A DNA stretch of 32,000 nt from Vibrio vulnificus CMCP6. Lineage in GTDB: Bacteria > Pseudomonadota > Gammaproteobacteria > Enterobacterales > Vibrionaceae. The notes below the pieces were generated by a model, which saw nothing but the letters and a program-made list of their open reading frames with translations, was not told the DNA's origin and ran no database searches. A program made the position numbers and the translations under genes. The DNA lies in the NCBI RefSeq assembly GCF_000039765.1, contig NC_004460.2, positions 240,001-272,000 on the forward strand, written 5' to 3'. Shown here piece by piece: positions 19,571 to 28,306 of this stretch (positions within the stretch are counted from its first letter, which is position 1; each line of letters begins with the position of its first letter).

Positions 19571-20110
19571 ATGGAAAATCATGTGACGCAGTACAACGCC
19601 ATTGCTCGGCTGATTCATTGGGTATCGGCTGCGGTTATCGTTGGTATGTTTGCCGTCGGTTTGTGGATGGTTGATTTGTCATATTACAGCGAGTGGTATC
19701 GCGTTGCGCCGAATTGGCATAAGTCTGTCGGTGTTTTACTACTCGCTTTGACACTGTTTCGTTTGGTATGGAAATTGGTGAAGCCATCACCGACCATCGA
19801 AGGTAAAAAAGCCGAAGTAGCAGCCGCAAAAGCAGCACACCATACGATCTATTTATTGCTGATGGTGCTGTTTATCTCTGGTTATTTAATTTCGACGTCT
19901 GATGGACGTGGAATAGAAGTTTTTAAATGGTTTACCGTCCCAGCAGCCGGTGAGTTGTTTGCTAATCAGTCTGATATAGCAGGAGCGATTCACTTTTATG
20001 TTGCTTGGGCATTAATCGGCCTTGCTGCACTCCATGCACTTGCCGCTTTAAAACATCACTTTGTCGACAAGGACAATACATTAAGAAAAATGATAGGAGC
20101 TCGAACATGA
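19571..20110 (+). CDS. Cytochrome b561 family protein (YceJ/CybB-like)
   Basis: It is a four-helix membrane protein with conserved His residues (ARLIHW, KAAHHTIY, ALHALAALKHHF). ATG 19571 is the likely start. Its stop overlaps the yceI start (ATGA). Confidence 0.85.
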   Translation: MENHVTQYNAIARLIHWVSAAVIVGMFAVGLWMVDLSYYSEWYRVAPNWHKSVGVLLLALTLFRLVWKLVKPSPTIEGKKAEVAAAKAAHHTIYLLLMVLFISGYLISTSDGRGIEVFKWFTVPAAGELFANQSDIAGAIHFYVAWALIGLAALHALAALKHHFVDKDNTLRKMIGART

Positions 20111-20676
20111 GAAAGTCAGTTATTGCGACAGGTTTAGCGTTGATGATGGCAGTGCCGTTTGCTGCAAACGCTGCTGATTACGTTATTGATACCAAAGGGG
20201 CACACGCGTCTATTAACTTTAAAGTGAGCCATCTGGGTTATAGCTTTATTAAAGGTCGTTTTAATACCTTCTCTGGTGACTTTTCTTACGATCAAAACAA
20301 CATCGCTGCGTCGAAAGTAAACGTAGTCGTTGATACCCGTAGCTTAGACTCTAACCATGCAGAGCGTGATAAGCACATTCGTAGCGGCGATTTTATTGAT
20401 GCAGGCAAATTCAATACTGCCACGTTTACTAGCACCAAAGTGATGGATAAAGGTGATGGTAAACTGGATGTGATGGGTGATTTGACGCTGCACGGTGTAA
20501 CAAAGCCTATTACTATTGCTGCTGAGTTTGTTGGCGCTGGTCAAGACCCTTGGGGTGGTCAACGTGCGGGCTTTATCGGTACGACTCGCCTAGAGCTTGC
20601 TGATTTCAATATCCCAGTGATGGGGACTTCAAGCTACGTTGATATGGAATTGCACGTAGAAGGCATTAAGAAGTAA
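20107..20676 (+). CDS. yceI: YceI-family periplasmic protein
   Basis: It has a signal peptide (MRKSVIATGLALMMAVPFAANA) and YceI-like motifs (HASINFKVSHLG, ERDKHIRS, GDLTLHGVTKPI). Its start overlaps the upstream stop by 4 nt (ATGA). Confidence 0.88.
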   Translation: MRKSVIATGLALMMAVPFAANAADYVIDTKGAHASINFKVSHLGYSFIKGRFNTFSGDFSYDQNNIAASKVNVVVDTRSLDSNHAERDKHIRSGDFIDAGKFNTATFTSTKVMDKGDGKLDVMGDLTLHGVTKPITIAAEFVGAGQDPWGGQRAGFIGTTRLELADFNIPVMGTSSYVDMELHVEGIKK

Positions 20677-20723
20677 TTTCTTCGCATGAGATTACGTTGC
20701 GAATGAAATAAGAAAGCTCAATA

Positions 20724-20748
20724 AGAAAGCCTCCAATGGAGGCTTTCT
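20724..20748. terminator. Hairpin terminator between the convergent yceI and FNT::CBS genes
   Basis: An 11-bp stem AGAAAGCCTCC/GGAGGCTTTCT with a 3-nt loop has only weak T-tracts on both sides. Confidence 0.6.
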
Positions 20749-20780
20749 GCTTATTTAAGCCATGTTGTTTACTGTTTTCG

Positions 20781-22232
20781 TTACGCCGTTTCTAACTGAC
20801 GCGTTTCTACGAGATTCAAACGCTCACCATAAATTGGACGCAACGCGTTCAGCACTTCTTGACGAGACACAACACCGGCAAACTTGCCATTTTCTAGAAC
20901 AGGCAGAACATGAGGCTTGTTCACTTTCATGCTTTTCGCACGTTCTTCAAGTGACAGTGATGTCATACGAGTAGCGATGCCCATGCTAGAGGTTGGGTAT
21001 AACTGCTCTTTGTCGATGCAAAGGAATTCAACCACATCGACCAAACGATCATTGACATCAATCGCGACCACGTCACGGCTCATCAAATCCACAACTTTTT
21101 GGCCTGTGCTTGGTAGGTAATCTTGGCACCAAAGATCAACCATGACATCGTGCGCAGAGAGGAAGCCGACGAGACGACCTTCAATATCAACCACAGGTGC
21201 ACTGATAATATGATTGTCTAAAAGAGTATCAAGTGCGGTTGCGATTGGCATTTCTACGCCTAGTACCACTGGTTGTGCATCCATGATGTCTCTAACTACT
21301 GCTGCGTTTTTCATAGTAAATTCCTTAACTGACGTAATGTGTGTTGTTTGTGTAATTGTGCTGATTTTTGCTGCTTTTAGTTCTGGGCGACGGTAGATAC
21401 ACCAGTTCGCTAAGCCGACTAACACAGCGCCGCCGACGATATTGCCCAAAGTCACGGGAATAAGGTTGGCAGTAATAAAGTGACCTACATTGAGGTCCGC
21501 ATATTGGCTTGCATTGGCTCCGACTTGTGCCCAAAACGCGTCTGGTGCAAAGTTGGCAATCACGATACCTAGTGGCACCATAAACATGTTGGCGACACAG
21601 TGCTCAAAACCGCTGCTGACAAACATGGCGACCGGCAACATGGTCATTACGGCTTTAGTCATCGCGTTGGCAGAACTGAACGTTAACCAAATAGCGAGAC
21701 AAACCAGCAGGTTACATAGCACCCCTAAAGAGAATGCTTGAATCGTGGTGTGGTGAAGTTTGTGCTGAGCAATATTCAACGCATTCAAACCCCATTGACC
21801 ACCGTCCATTTGGTATAAACCTGCACCTGTTACCAGAAGCAAAAGAAACATTGCACCGATAAAGTTACCGATATAAACCTTGCCCCAGATTGACAGCATT
21901 TTCGTAAAGCTGATTTGTTTGTTTGCCCACGAAATACTCGACAATACTGAACTGGTAAACAGTTCCCCCCCGCAGATCACGATCAGGATTAAGCCCATAC
22001 TGAAAGCCAAACCGCCAGCGAAGCGGCTAAGACCCCATCCCGCGTTGGCACTGCCTGTTGTCACCGTGATGTAGAAAAGAAATGCGAGACCGATAAAAGC
22101 GCCAGCCATAATCGCCAAACCTAACGTCATGGCGCTGGTTTTATTGGCTTTGCTGAGGGCAAATTTCTCGGCTTCTGCCATCATTTCTTTGGGTGAAAAG
22201 TATTGTGTGTTTTCAGAGGTAGCCACTGACAT
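20781..22232 (-). CDS. Formate/nitrite transporter (FNT) family channel fused to a C-terminal tandem CBS pair
   Basis: 483 aa. The N-terminal ~290 aa are polytopic and FocA/NirC-like (..FSSANAMTKAVMTMLPVAMFVSSGFEHCVANMF..). The C-terminal ~190 aa carry two CBS-like repeats (VRDIMDAQPVVLGVEM..ISAPVVDIEGRLVGFLSAHDVM and VVDLMSRDVVAIDV..LPVLENGKFAGVVSRQEVLNAL). An SD (AAGGAG) lies upstream. Confidence 0.85.
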   Translation of the reverse strand: MSVATSENTQYFSPKEMMAEAEKFALSKANKTSAMTLGLAIMAGAFIGLAFLFYITVTTGSANAGWGLSRFAGGLAFSMGLILIVICGGELFTSSVLSSISWANKQISFTKMLSIWGKVYIGNFIGAMFLLLLVTGAGLYQMDGGQWGLNALNIAQHKLHHTTIQAFSLGVLCNLLVCLAIWLTFSSANAMTKAVMTMLPVAMFVSSGFEHCVANMFMVPLGIVIANFAPDAFWAQVGANASQYADLNVGHFITANLIPVTLGNIVGGAVLVGLANWCIYRRPELKAAKISTITQTTHITSVKEFTMKNAAVVRDIMDAQPVVLGVEMPIATALDTLLDNHIISAPVVDIEGRLVGFLSAHDVMVDLWCQDYLPSTGQKVVDLMSRDVVAIDVNDRLVDVVEFLCIDKEQLYPTSSMGIATRMTSLSLEERAKSMKVNKPHVLPVLENGKFAGVVSRQEVLNALRPIYGERLNLVETRQLETA

Positions 22233-22390
22233 GTTGACTCCTTTTATCTGAGTTCATTGATACTCCTTAATATTGTTCTTGGTTATGTTGAAAGCCCTGA
22301 CGTTGTTAGTGAGTGCGGTGTTCCCGAACCGCACAATCAGATTAAGCGTTTGAACAGCTACAGGTAAAATTGATAATTTTTAGTTTTCTC

Positions 22391-22405
22391 ATCAAATTAT
22401 TTGAT
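22391..22405. promoter_or_regulatory. LysR-type T-N11-A palindrome
   Basis: ATCAAATTATTTGAT has perfect 7-bp arms around a single central base and contains T-N11-A. It lies in the FNT::CBS / lysR divergent region. Confidence 0.5.
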
Positions 22406-22440
22406 ATGCCCAAAGAGAGGCGTAAAATGAAACCCATTGC

Positions 22441-22453
22441 TCATCAATTTGAT
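22441..22453. promoter_or_regulatory. Second related palindrome (CATCAA-T-TTGATG)
   Basis: It shares the ATCAA/TTGAT arms with the 22391 site, lies about 50 bp from it, and is 31-43 nt upstream of the LysR start. Confidence 0.4.
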
Positions 22454-22483
22454 GTATTGCTGTAGTAATTAGGGGAACAAAAC

Positions 22484-23389
22484 TTGCGTTATTCGTTAAA
22501 ACAGTTGGCCGTTTTTGATGCGGTCGCTGATACAGGAAGTGTGAGCCAAGCGGCTGACAAACTCGCTTTAACTCAATCGGCAACCAGTATGTCTCTTGCA
22601 CAATTAGAGAAGATGTTGGGCCGGCCTTTGTTTGAGCGACAAGGAAAACAAATGGCTTTGACCCATTGGGGCATGTGGTTAAGGCCAAAAGCGAAGCGAT
22701 TGCTCCAAGATGCTCAACAAATAGAAATGGGTTTCTACGAGCAACATTTATTGAGCGGAGAGATTCGTCTAGGGGCGAGTCAAACGCCTGCAGAACACCT
22801 TGTGCCAGACCTCATCAGCATAATTGATAATGACTTTCCTGAGATGCGTATCTCTCTTGGGGTGAAGAGTACCAATGGGGTTATCGAAGGCGTACTGGAT
22901 TACCGTTATGACTTAGGGATTATAGAAGGGCGCTGTGATGACAACCGTCTGCATCAAGAAGTTTGGTGCCGTGACCATTTAACCGTCGTTGCCTCCGCGA
23001 ATCACCCTTTTGCCAAACGTGAAACCGTGAGTTTGGCGCAGCTAGAACAAGCTCGATGGGTATTACGAGAACATGGCTCAGGTACGCGCAAGATTTTTGA
23101 TAGCTCGATTCACCATTTGGTTGAAGATCTTGATGTGTGGCGCGAATACGAGCACGTCCCGGTACTCAGAAGCTTGGTGGAAAACGGCTCCTATCTGACT
23201 TGCTTGCCTTATCTCGACGTAGAACGTCATATTGAGGCAGGAAGGTTGGTCGCACTGAATGTTCCGGACCTCCATATGGAGCGAACGCTCTCTTTTATAT
23301 GGCGCGCAGATATGGCGGAAAACCCGCTAGTGGAATGCATTAAGCGTGAAGGATTGCGAATGATGAAAGGAAAACCGTCGGTTTTATAA
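22484..23389 (+). CDS. LysR-family transcriptional regulator (YeiE-like)
   Basis: 301 aa with an N-terminal wHTH (LKQLAVFDAVADTGSVSQAADKLALTQSATSMSLAQLE) and a LysR substrate-binding region (WVLREHGSGTRKIFD). The TTG start is preceded by AGGGGAA. Confidence 0.88.
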   Translation: MRYSLKQLAVFDAVADTGSVSQAADKLALTQSATSMSLAQLEKMLGRPLFERQGKQMALTHWGMWLRPKAKRLLQDAQQIEMGFYEQHLLSGEIRLGASQTPAEHLVPDLISIIDNDFPEMRISLGVKSTNGVIEGVLDYRYDLGIIEGRCDDNRLHQEVWCRDHLTVVASANHPFAKRETVSLAQLEQARWVLREHGSGTRKIFDSSIHHLVEDLDVWREYEHVPVLRSLVENGSYLTCLPYLDVERHIEAGRLVALNVPDLHMERTLSFIWRADMAENPLVECIKREGLRMMKGKPSVL

Positions 23390-23585
23390 GCGAAAAGCGA
23401 AATTAGGTTATTTTCTAAATCTGTTGATTTAACGGTTGCGTCATGTTTTACGTGCAACAGTTAAATTATTGCAACTCCATACGTGATCATTCTCATGTTT
23501 ATGTGGCGAAATTTCGCCTAGTATTCATTGCCTGATTGATATGTGAGTAGGCACAGGCCGCTCCAACAAGTTTGGGTTGCAAACA

Positions 23586-24059
23586 ATGAGTACATTAGTC
23601 GCTATATCATTAACTACCGGTATTTTGTCTGGATTGTGGGGATGGATTGCCATCTCACTGGGCCTTTTATCATGGGCGGGCTTTCTCGGTTGTACCAGCT
23701 ACTTCGCTTCACCTAATTCTGGGTTGAAAGGGCTAGCGGAAAGCTTGCTGACAAATATGTCTGGCGTTTTTTGGGCGATGGTCATCATATATGGCTCCAC
23801 GTATGCTGGCCTAGAAATCCTAGGTTATGTCATTACAGCCGTGGTGGCGTTTGCGATGTGCATTCAAGCGAAACAAACTTGGTTGGCCTATATACCCGGT
23901 ACTTTCATCGGTTCTTGTGCAACGTTTGCAGCAGATGGCAATTGGCAGCTGGTCGTGCCATCTCTGTTATTAGGCGGTGTGTTTGGATACTTGATGAAAG
24001 CCTCTGGCTTGTGGTTACACCAGAAATCAGCCGCTGCACAGCTTGCTCGACAAGCATGA
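23586..24059 (+). CDS. ycdZ: DUF1097 inner-membrane protein (YcdZ homologue)
   Basis: It closely parallels E. coli YcdZ as I recall it (TTGILSG.WGW.A.SLGLLSWAGFLGCT.YFA, MCIQAKQ, PGTFIG.CATFA). ATG 23586 is preferred over the track TTG at 23577. Confidence 0.8.
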   Translation: MSTLVAISLTTGILSGLWGWIAISLGLLSWAGFLGCTSYFASPNSGLKGLAESLLTNMSGVFWAMVIIYGSTYAGLEILGYVITAVVAFAMCIQAKQTWLAYIPGTFIGSCATFAADGNWQLVVPSLLLGGVFGYLMKASGLWLHQKSAAAQLARQA

Positions 24060-24145
24060 GGTAGCCCCCCGATCTTATTTGTATCTAGAATGCTGAGTTT
24101 GAATCCCGCTTTGTATTCGCTATCAAAATTTATGATATTTGGTAC

Positions 24146-24172
24146 AAGCGCATCGTTTGATGCGCTTTTTTT
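24146..24172 (+). terminator. Rho-independent terminator downstream of ycdZ
   Basis: AAGCGCATC-gttt-GATGCGCTT is followed by TTTTTTTATT. Confidence 0.8.
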
Positions 24173-24265
24173 ATTCCCGCTTATGTTTCAACTACTCTAT
24201 ATCTCTGTTGTTGCGCCCTTGGTGTATTCTTCGCCAACCAGACCGCGCCATAAGCTAAGCATGGG

Positions 24266-25897
24266 TTAGGTGTTGCCATTGGCCATGGTCACAATGCGCT
24301 TTAGTGTCCAGCGCAGTAATACAGGGATACACTCAATGCCATTTTCTTCACAGTGGGACACAATCGATAAGGCCAGATCGGGCTTGGCGTGCTTTTTCAA
24401 AACCTTGGTCACTACTTTTTTCGCTGGAATAGGGTGTTCATAAGGAATTTTGATGAGATCCTTAAAGAATTTATCAAAGCCATGATTATATAAAAAATGT
24501 TCTATGTCGTGATCGGGCAACTCGGTGAGTCGGTGACGTTCTTGATCGTGTCCGAGCATGCTTTTCACCGTCGCGGCGTATTTTTTACCTGCTGCGTCAC
24601 CATCGGTCACCACATGCCAATCAATCCCCATTGCTTTCGCTACTTTGAGCAGTGAGCGTAACCCGGATTGGGCAAACTCTATGATCTGCACGCCTTCTGC
24701 GGCGAGATTATAGCCACATTGATTGGCCAACTCATTGAACAACCAAACTTCCGTTTCCCCTTCCACCAGCAACCAGCAACGAGCAAATAGGGCCCCCGAA
24801 CGATGAAAACGGATATGGAAACCAATCCGCCGCAGCTCATCTACGCTAAAACGTTGCGGATGGATACTTTTTGCCACAGTTTTATCCGATTGCCGAATCA
24901 AGCGCCGAATAGAATGAAGTGGTACGGAGCCAAGCAATGCACCACTATTGGTGGTGAGGATTTTCTGCATCGGTAACATCTGCAGTAAACTCCACGCTCT
25001 GGCCAAATGAGTGGGGTGTAAACGGCCTTCTGGATCTTCGATGATCAAGATAGGGCGGGCGCAACGTCTGAGGTCGGCAGGCCCTTTGGCTTGCAGATAA
25101 GCGTTGAGCAATCCCATCAACAACAGGCGTGTTTGCTTATTGTTGGTTTCTTGTATGAACTGACTTAAGTTTTTGTCTGCCGAAGTGGCGTTATAAAACA
25201 GGCCATCACGAGGCTTTCGCGGATCATTTCGGTTGATGCTCTTAAAAGAGAAGTAGTGCTCAACCAGCGAATGCATTGAGTTTAAACTGCTGCGCATTTC
25301 CCCTTTGTTAACATGGCCAGGTATCGCCAATAAACGACGACAGGTATTGTCGATGCGTTTCTCGATGCGCGCATTTTTGCCGTTGGCATCGGATTTCAAC
25401 TCAGGGAATCGACGTGAATCTCGCAAGCGAATGACCGGATGCAGAGACATGAGCTCTTGAGCGATCTTTTCGGAGTGATGAAGCGCCTTGGTTGAACCGT
25501 CGTTATTTAAAAATGCATAGTGTGTCGTGATGTCGTAACCATCTCGGGTCGCACTAATGCGATAGAAGATTCGATGATCGCCATTGTCATCTTTACACCA
25601 CACTGGTTTTAAACGGCGGTAACGTCCTGCTTTTGTCTCGTGTCTATCGGTAGAGCGGAAGCAGAGCACAATTTGCAGATGCTGTGTTTGAGGATGAGAG
25701 ATGGAATAATCAACGTGAAAATCAGACATCTCGAATTGGTACAACTCAGCATCCGTTGGAAGAGCGACGGAAAGAGCGTCCAAAAGTGACGATTTGCCCC
25801 AAGTGTTTTCACCAATCAGGGTAGTGAGCTCATCAAAAGAAAGAGATAACCGCCGTATGCCGCGAAAACCGGAGATTTCAATTCGTTCTAAAAGCAT
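24266..25897 (-). CDS. ybjD: OLD-family ATP-dependent endonuclease (ABC-type ATPase + Toprim), YbjD homologue
   Basis: 543 aa with Walker A (GENTWGKSSLLDAL), Walker B (PILIIEDPEGRLHP), a Toprim Glu (CWLLVEGETEVW) and DxD (VVTDGDAAGKKY). By eye it is collinear with E. coli YbjD. An SD (GGAGGAG) lies upstream. Confidence 0.85.
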   Translation of the reverse strand: MLLERIEISGFRGIRRLSLSFDELTTLIGENTWGKSSLLDALSVALPTDAELYQFEMSDFHVDYSISHPQTQHLQIVLCFRSTDRHETKAGRYRRLKPVWCKDDNGDHRIFYRISATRDGYDITTHYAFLNNDGSTKALHHSEKIAQELMSLHPVIRLRDSRRFPELKSDANGKNARIEKRIDNTCRRLLAIPGHVNKGEMRSSLNSMHSLVEHYFSFKSINRNDPRKPRDGLFYNATSADKNLSQFIQETNNKQTRLLLMGLLNAYLQAKGPADLRRCARPILIIEDPEGRLHPTHLARAWSLLQMLPMQKILTTNSGALLGSVPLHSIRRLIRQSDKTVAKSIHPQRFSVDELRRIGFHIRFHRSGALFARCWLLVEGETEVWLFNELANQCGYNLAAEGVQIIEFAQSGLRSLLKVAKAMGIDWHVVTDGDAAGKKYAATVKSMLGHDQERHRLTELPDHDIEHFLYNHGFDKFFKDLIKIPYEHPIPAKKVVTKVLKKHAKPDLALSIVSHCEENGIECIPVLLRWTLKRIVTMANGNT

Positions 25898-26156
25898 AAC
25901 TCTCCTCCATGCGCGCCGTAATTATTTGAATGTAAAGTGAAAGGCGCTTATAGAAAGAATATGACAAAATTAAGCTGGCTGTTTGTTATGGTGTCACACT
26001 TTTCATTTGACTGATGATTTGTTGAGCAAATAGAGAAAGTTAGCTGTGATGCTTTACGCGCTCCCGATGATTTCTTTGCATAACAGTTTCATAAAATTCA
26101 CGATTCTGTCATCATTCTGCTCTAAGTATAAAGGGATGAAGAAAGAGAAGGTGACT

Positions 26157-27881
26157 ATGATAAAAACAAATAAGCCAGTCACGCTGAAACTGGCACACAT
26201 CAATGACACTCATTCCTACTTTGAGCCAACGTCATTACAACTCAAAATCCAACTCCAAGAAGCGCAAATCGAGCCTTACGTCAGTGCTGGTGGTTTCGCT
26301 CGCATTGCGACCCGCGCGCAACAAATCAAGCAAGAAGCAGAACGACAAAATAAAGGATTTCTATTTGTCCATGCGGGAGATTGTTTCCAAGGAACGCTCT
26401 ACTTTTCCCTGTTCAAAGGAAAAGCCAATGCCGATCTGCTCAACTCAATGGGTATTGATGCAATGGCTTTGGGTAACCACGAGTTAGATATGGGCAATGA
26501 GCCAGTGGCGCAGTTTGTCCGTCGGATTGATTTCCCATTGTTAGCAGGAAACTGGAATCTCAGCGCGGAGAGTGATGAGAAAACGCTAAAAATCAGTGAT
26601 GCCGACAATATTCGAAGCTTTGATACAGAAACGCGTACGGCGACCTATATCATCAAAGAAATCAACGGTGAGCCGGTCGCGCTGTTTGGTTTATCACTGG
26701 ATAAAATGGCAGACATTGCTAACCCAGATCCTGACACGCCTTTTGAGAATGCGGTTGAAACCGCAACGGCCACTGTGCGCTTGTTGCAATCACTGGGCAT
26801 TAATAAAATCATTTTACTCAGTCACTTAGGCTATGAGGGTGACATAGAACTTGCCAGCAAAGTATCGGGTATCGCTTTGATTGTTGGTGGTCATAGTCAT
26901 AGGTTACAGGGTGACTTTAGTGCAATTGGACTGGGTAAAGATGATGACTATGGTTTAAAAATTAACGATACCTATGTGGTTCAGGCAGGGTTTCATGCGC
27001 TCACTATGGGGCATTGTGAAATTGAGTTTGCCGCCGATGGCAGTGTAAAGCGCTTTGTTGGACGCAATGAGTTGTTGATTGGTCGACGCATGTTCTTAGA
27101 CCCAGGACTGAATCAGCAAAGTGATGAGGATTGGTACAATCAGGCCGCCGATTTTATTGATGGCCAATGTAATGTTGTTGTATGCAAGAAAGACCCTGAT
27201 ATTCAGCATCTGATGCAGAATAAATACATTCCGCGCGTACGTGAACTGCAAAAGACGATTATCGCGCATACCGATCGCGCACTTCGCCACGTTCGTATTC
27301 CCGATGAAGTCGGTCCCAGTGAACTGGCGCCAATGGTCGCGGCATCATTTGTTCATGCGTTAAACAAACGTCAACGTCAGGTTCAGTTTGCCATTCATAA
27401 TGCCGGTGGGGTAAGAAACTCACTAAATTCGGGCGATGTTTCGGTCGCCGATGTGGCTGGCAAATTACTGCCTTTTGCCGTTCCTATTGGTTGTTATGAC
27501 GTACAGGGGAAGACGATTGCCGCTGCATTAGAAGGGGCAATCAACAACGCAACCAATAATGGTGTAGAAGGAACCGGGTCGGGCAGTTACCCATACACTT
27601 ACGGATTAAGCTATCGCTATTGTCCGCAAAATCCAGCAGGCCATCGCATCGAAGCGTTGCAAATTTGTCTAGATGGGCGTTGGCAGCCAGTTTCTCCGTT
27701 ACAGTGGTATCGAGGCTGTTCATCTGCGTATACGATGAAAGGAAAAGAGGGCTACGAAGCGATACGCCAAATGAAAGGGGAAGGCTGGGTGAGTAATTTG
27801 TCCATGGCTGACTGTTTCATCGAGTATCTATCGGATTTGCCGAACGTGTTAAATCAACAAGATCGTGCTCGCCACGTCTAG
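26157..27881 (+). CDS. Bifunctional metallophosphatase/5'-nucleotidase family protein with no signal peptide
   Basis: It carries calcineurin-like motifs (HINDTHS, HAGDCFQG, LGNHELD, GGHSH) plus a C-terminal 5'-nucleotidase domain. ATG 26157 is preceded by GAGAAGG, with an alternative ATG at 26136. The N-terminus (MIKTNKPVTLKLAH) is not hydrophobic. Confidence 0.85.
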   Translation: MIKTNKPVTLKLAHINDTHSYFEPTSLQLKIQLQEAQIEPYVSAGGFARIATRAQQIKQEAERQNKGFLFVHAGDCFQGTLYFSLFKGKANADLLNSMGIDAMALGNHELDMGNEPVAQFVRRIDFPLLAGNWNLSAESDEKTLKISDADNIRSFDTETRTATYIIKEINGEPVALFGLSLDKMADIANPDPDTPFENAVETATATVRLLQSLGINKIILLSHLGYEGDIELASKVSGIALIVGGHSHRLQGDFSAIGLGKDDDYGLKINDTYVVQAGFHALTMGHCEIEFAADGSVKRFVGRNELLIGRRMFLDPGLNQQSDEDWYNQAADFIDGQCNVVVCKKDPDIQHLMQNKYIPRVRELQKTIIAHTDRALRHVRIPDEVGPSELAPMVAASFVHALNKRQRQVQFAIHNAGGVRNSLNSGDVSVADVAGKLLPFAVPIGCYDVQGKTIAAALEGAINNATNNGVEGTGSGSYPYTYGLSYRYCPQNPAGHRIEALQICLDGRWQPVSPLQWYRGCSSAYTMKGKEGYEAIRQMKGEGWVSNLSMADCFIEYLSDLPNVLNQQDRARHV

Positions 27882-27941
27882 TTCATCAAACTTGGTATAA
27901 ACTTTGCTCAGCTTCTTTGGCTTAACAGCGGGGGAGCGCTT

Positions 27942-28034
27942 ATGTGGAAAGATTGGATGGATACAGCGGTGGTGGTTGGGTGGATCGCAATTTGGTCAAC
28001 ACTTGTTTATCTCGTGCCGCTAAATGGTGTGTGA
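27942..28034 (+). CDS. Unannotated 30-aa Trp-rich single-TM peptide (MWKDWMDTAVVVGWIAIWSTLVYLVPLNGV)
   Basis: GGGGGAG lies about 6 nt upstream of the ATG. The ORF sits between the nucleotidase stop and the first downstream terminator. Confidence 0.4.
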   Translation: MWKDWMDTAVVVGWIAIWSTLVYLVPLNGV

Positions 28035-28052
28035 GCCGCCTAAGAAAGAAAC

Positions 28053-28080
28053 AAGGAGCGCTTTTGTGCTCCTTTCTTTT
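28053..28080 (+). terminator. Rho-independent terminator after the nucleotidase / small-peptide unit
   Basis: AAGGAGC-gcttttgt-GCTCCTT is followed by TCTTTTG. Confidence 0.7.
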
Positions 28081-28156
28081 GTCAGGATAATGTCAAAATT
28101 ACCCAAACTTGCGCTTGGCATTAGCCTTGGAAGTTTTGTGGGATTACAATATCGAA

Positions 28157-28306
28157 CGTTTGGGGAGTAGTTAGCGTAAGTTTATTTGTCGTCATCTCGT
28201 TAGGCCAAAGCCTTTCCGGCAAATAAAGGTGAGTTATCCTCTCTTTGTTTCTTTGTCATCAACAGAAACAGAGAAAGCATTCCAGTTCACTTCAACGAGA
28301 CCAACG
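28157..28306 (+). promoter_or_regulatory. yybP-ykoY (Mn2+ / alkaline-pH responsive) riboswitch-like aptamer in the alx leader
   Basis: The conserved GGGGAGTAG (28162-28170) and GAGACC (28297-28302) are present. The flanks CGTTTGG and CCAACG can pair as P1. It lies directly upstream of a TerC/Alx gene, which is the canonical context for this class. Confidence 0.65.

Noticed and set aside
20005-20106. Upstream extensions of yceI (20005), the HAD gene (12429), the nucleotidase (26046), rhlE (16108) and cytochrome b561 (19517) in the track
   Set aside because: The extensions overlap upstream genes or lack an SD. Signal peptides and conserved N-termini begin at the internal ATGs I used.
22392-22688. 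98-aa ORF antisense to the LysR gene start
   Set aside because: It overlaps the well-supported LysR wHTH coding region and the operator region, and it has no SD.
24266-25897. OLD nuclease as part of a Gabija-, PARIS- or retron-type multi-gene defence system
   Set aside because: No UvrD-like helicase, reverse transcriptase or other partner is adjacent on the same strand. The protein looks like the conserved core YbjD type and there is no mobile-element context.
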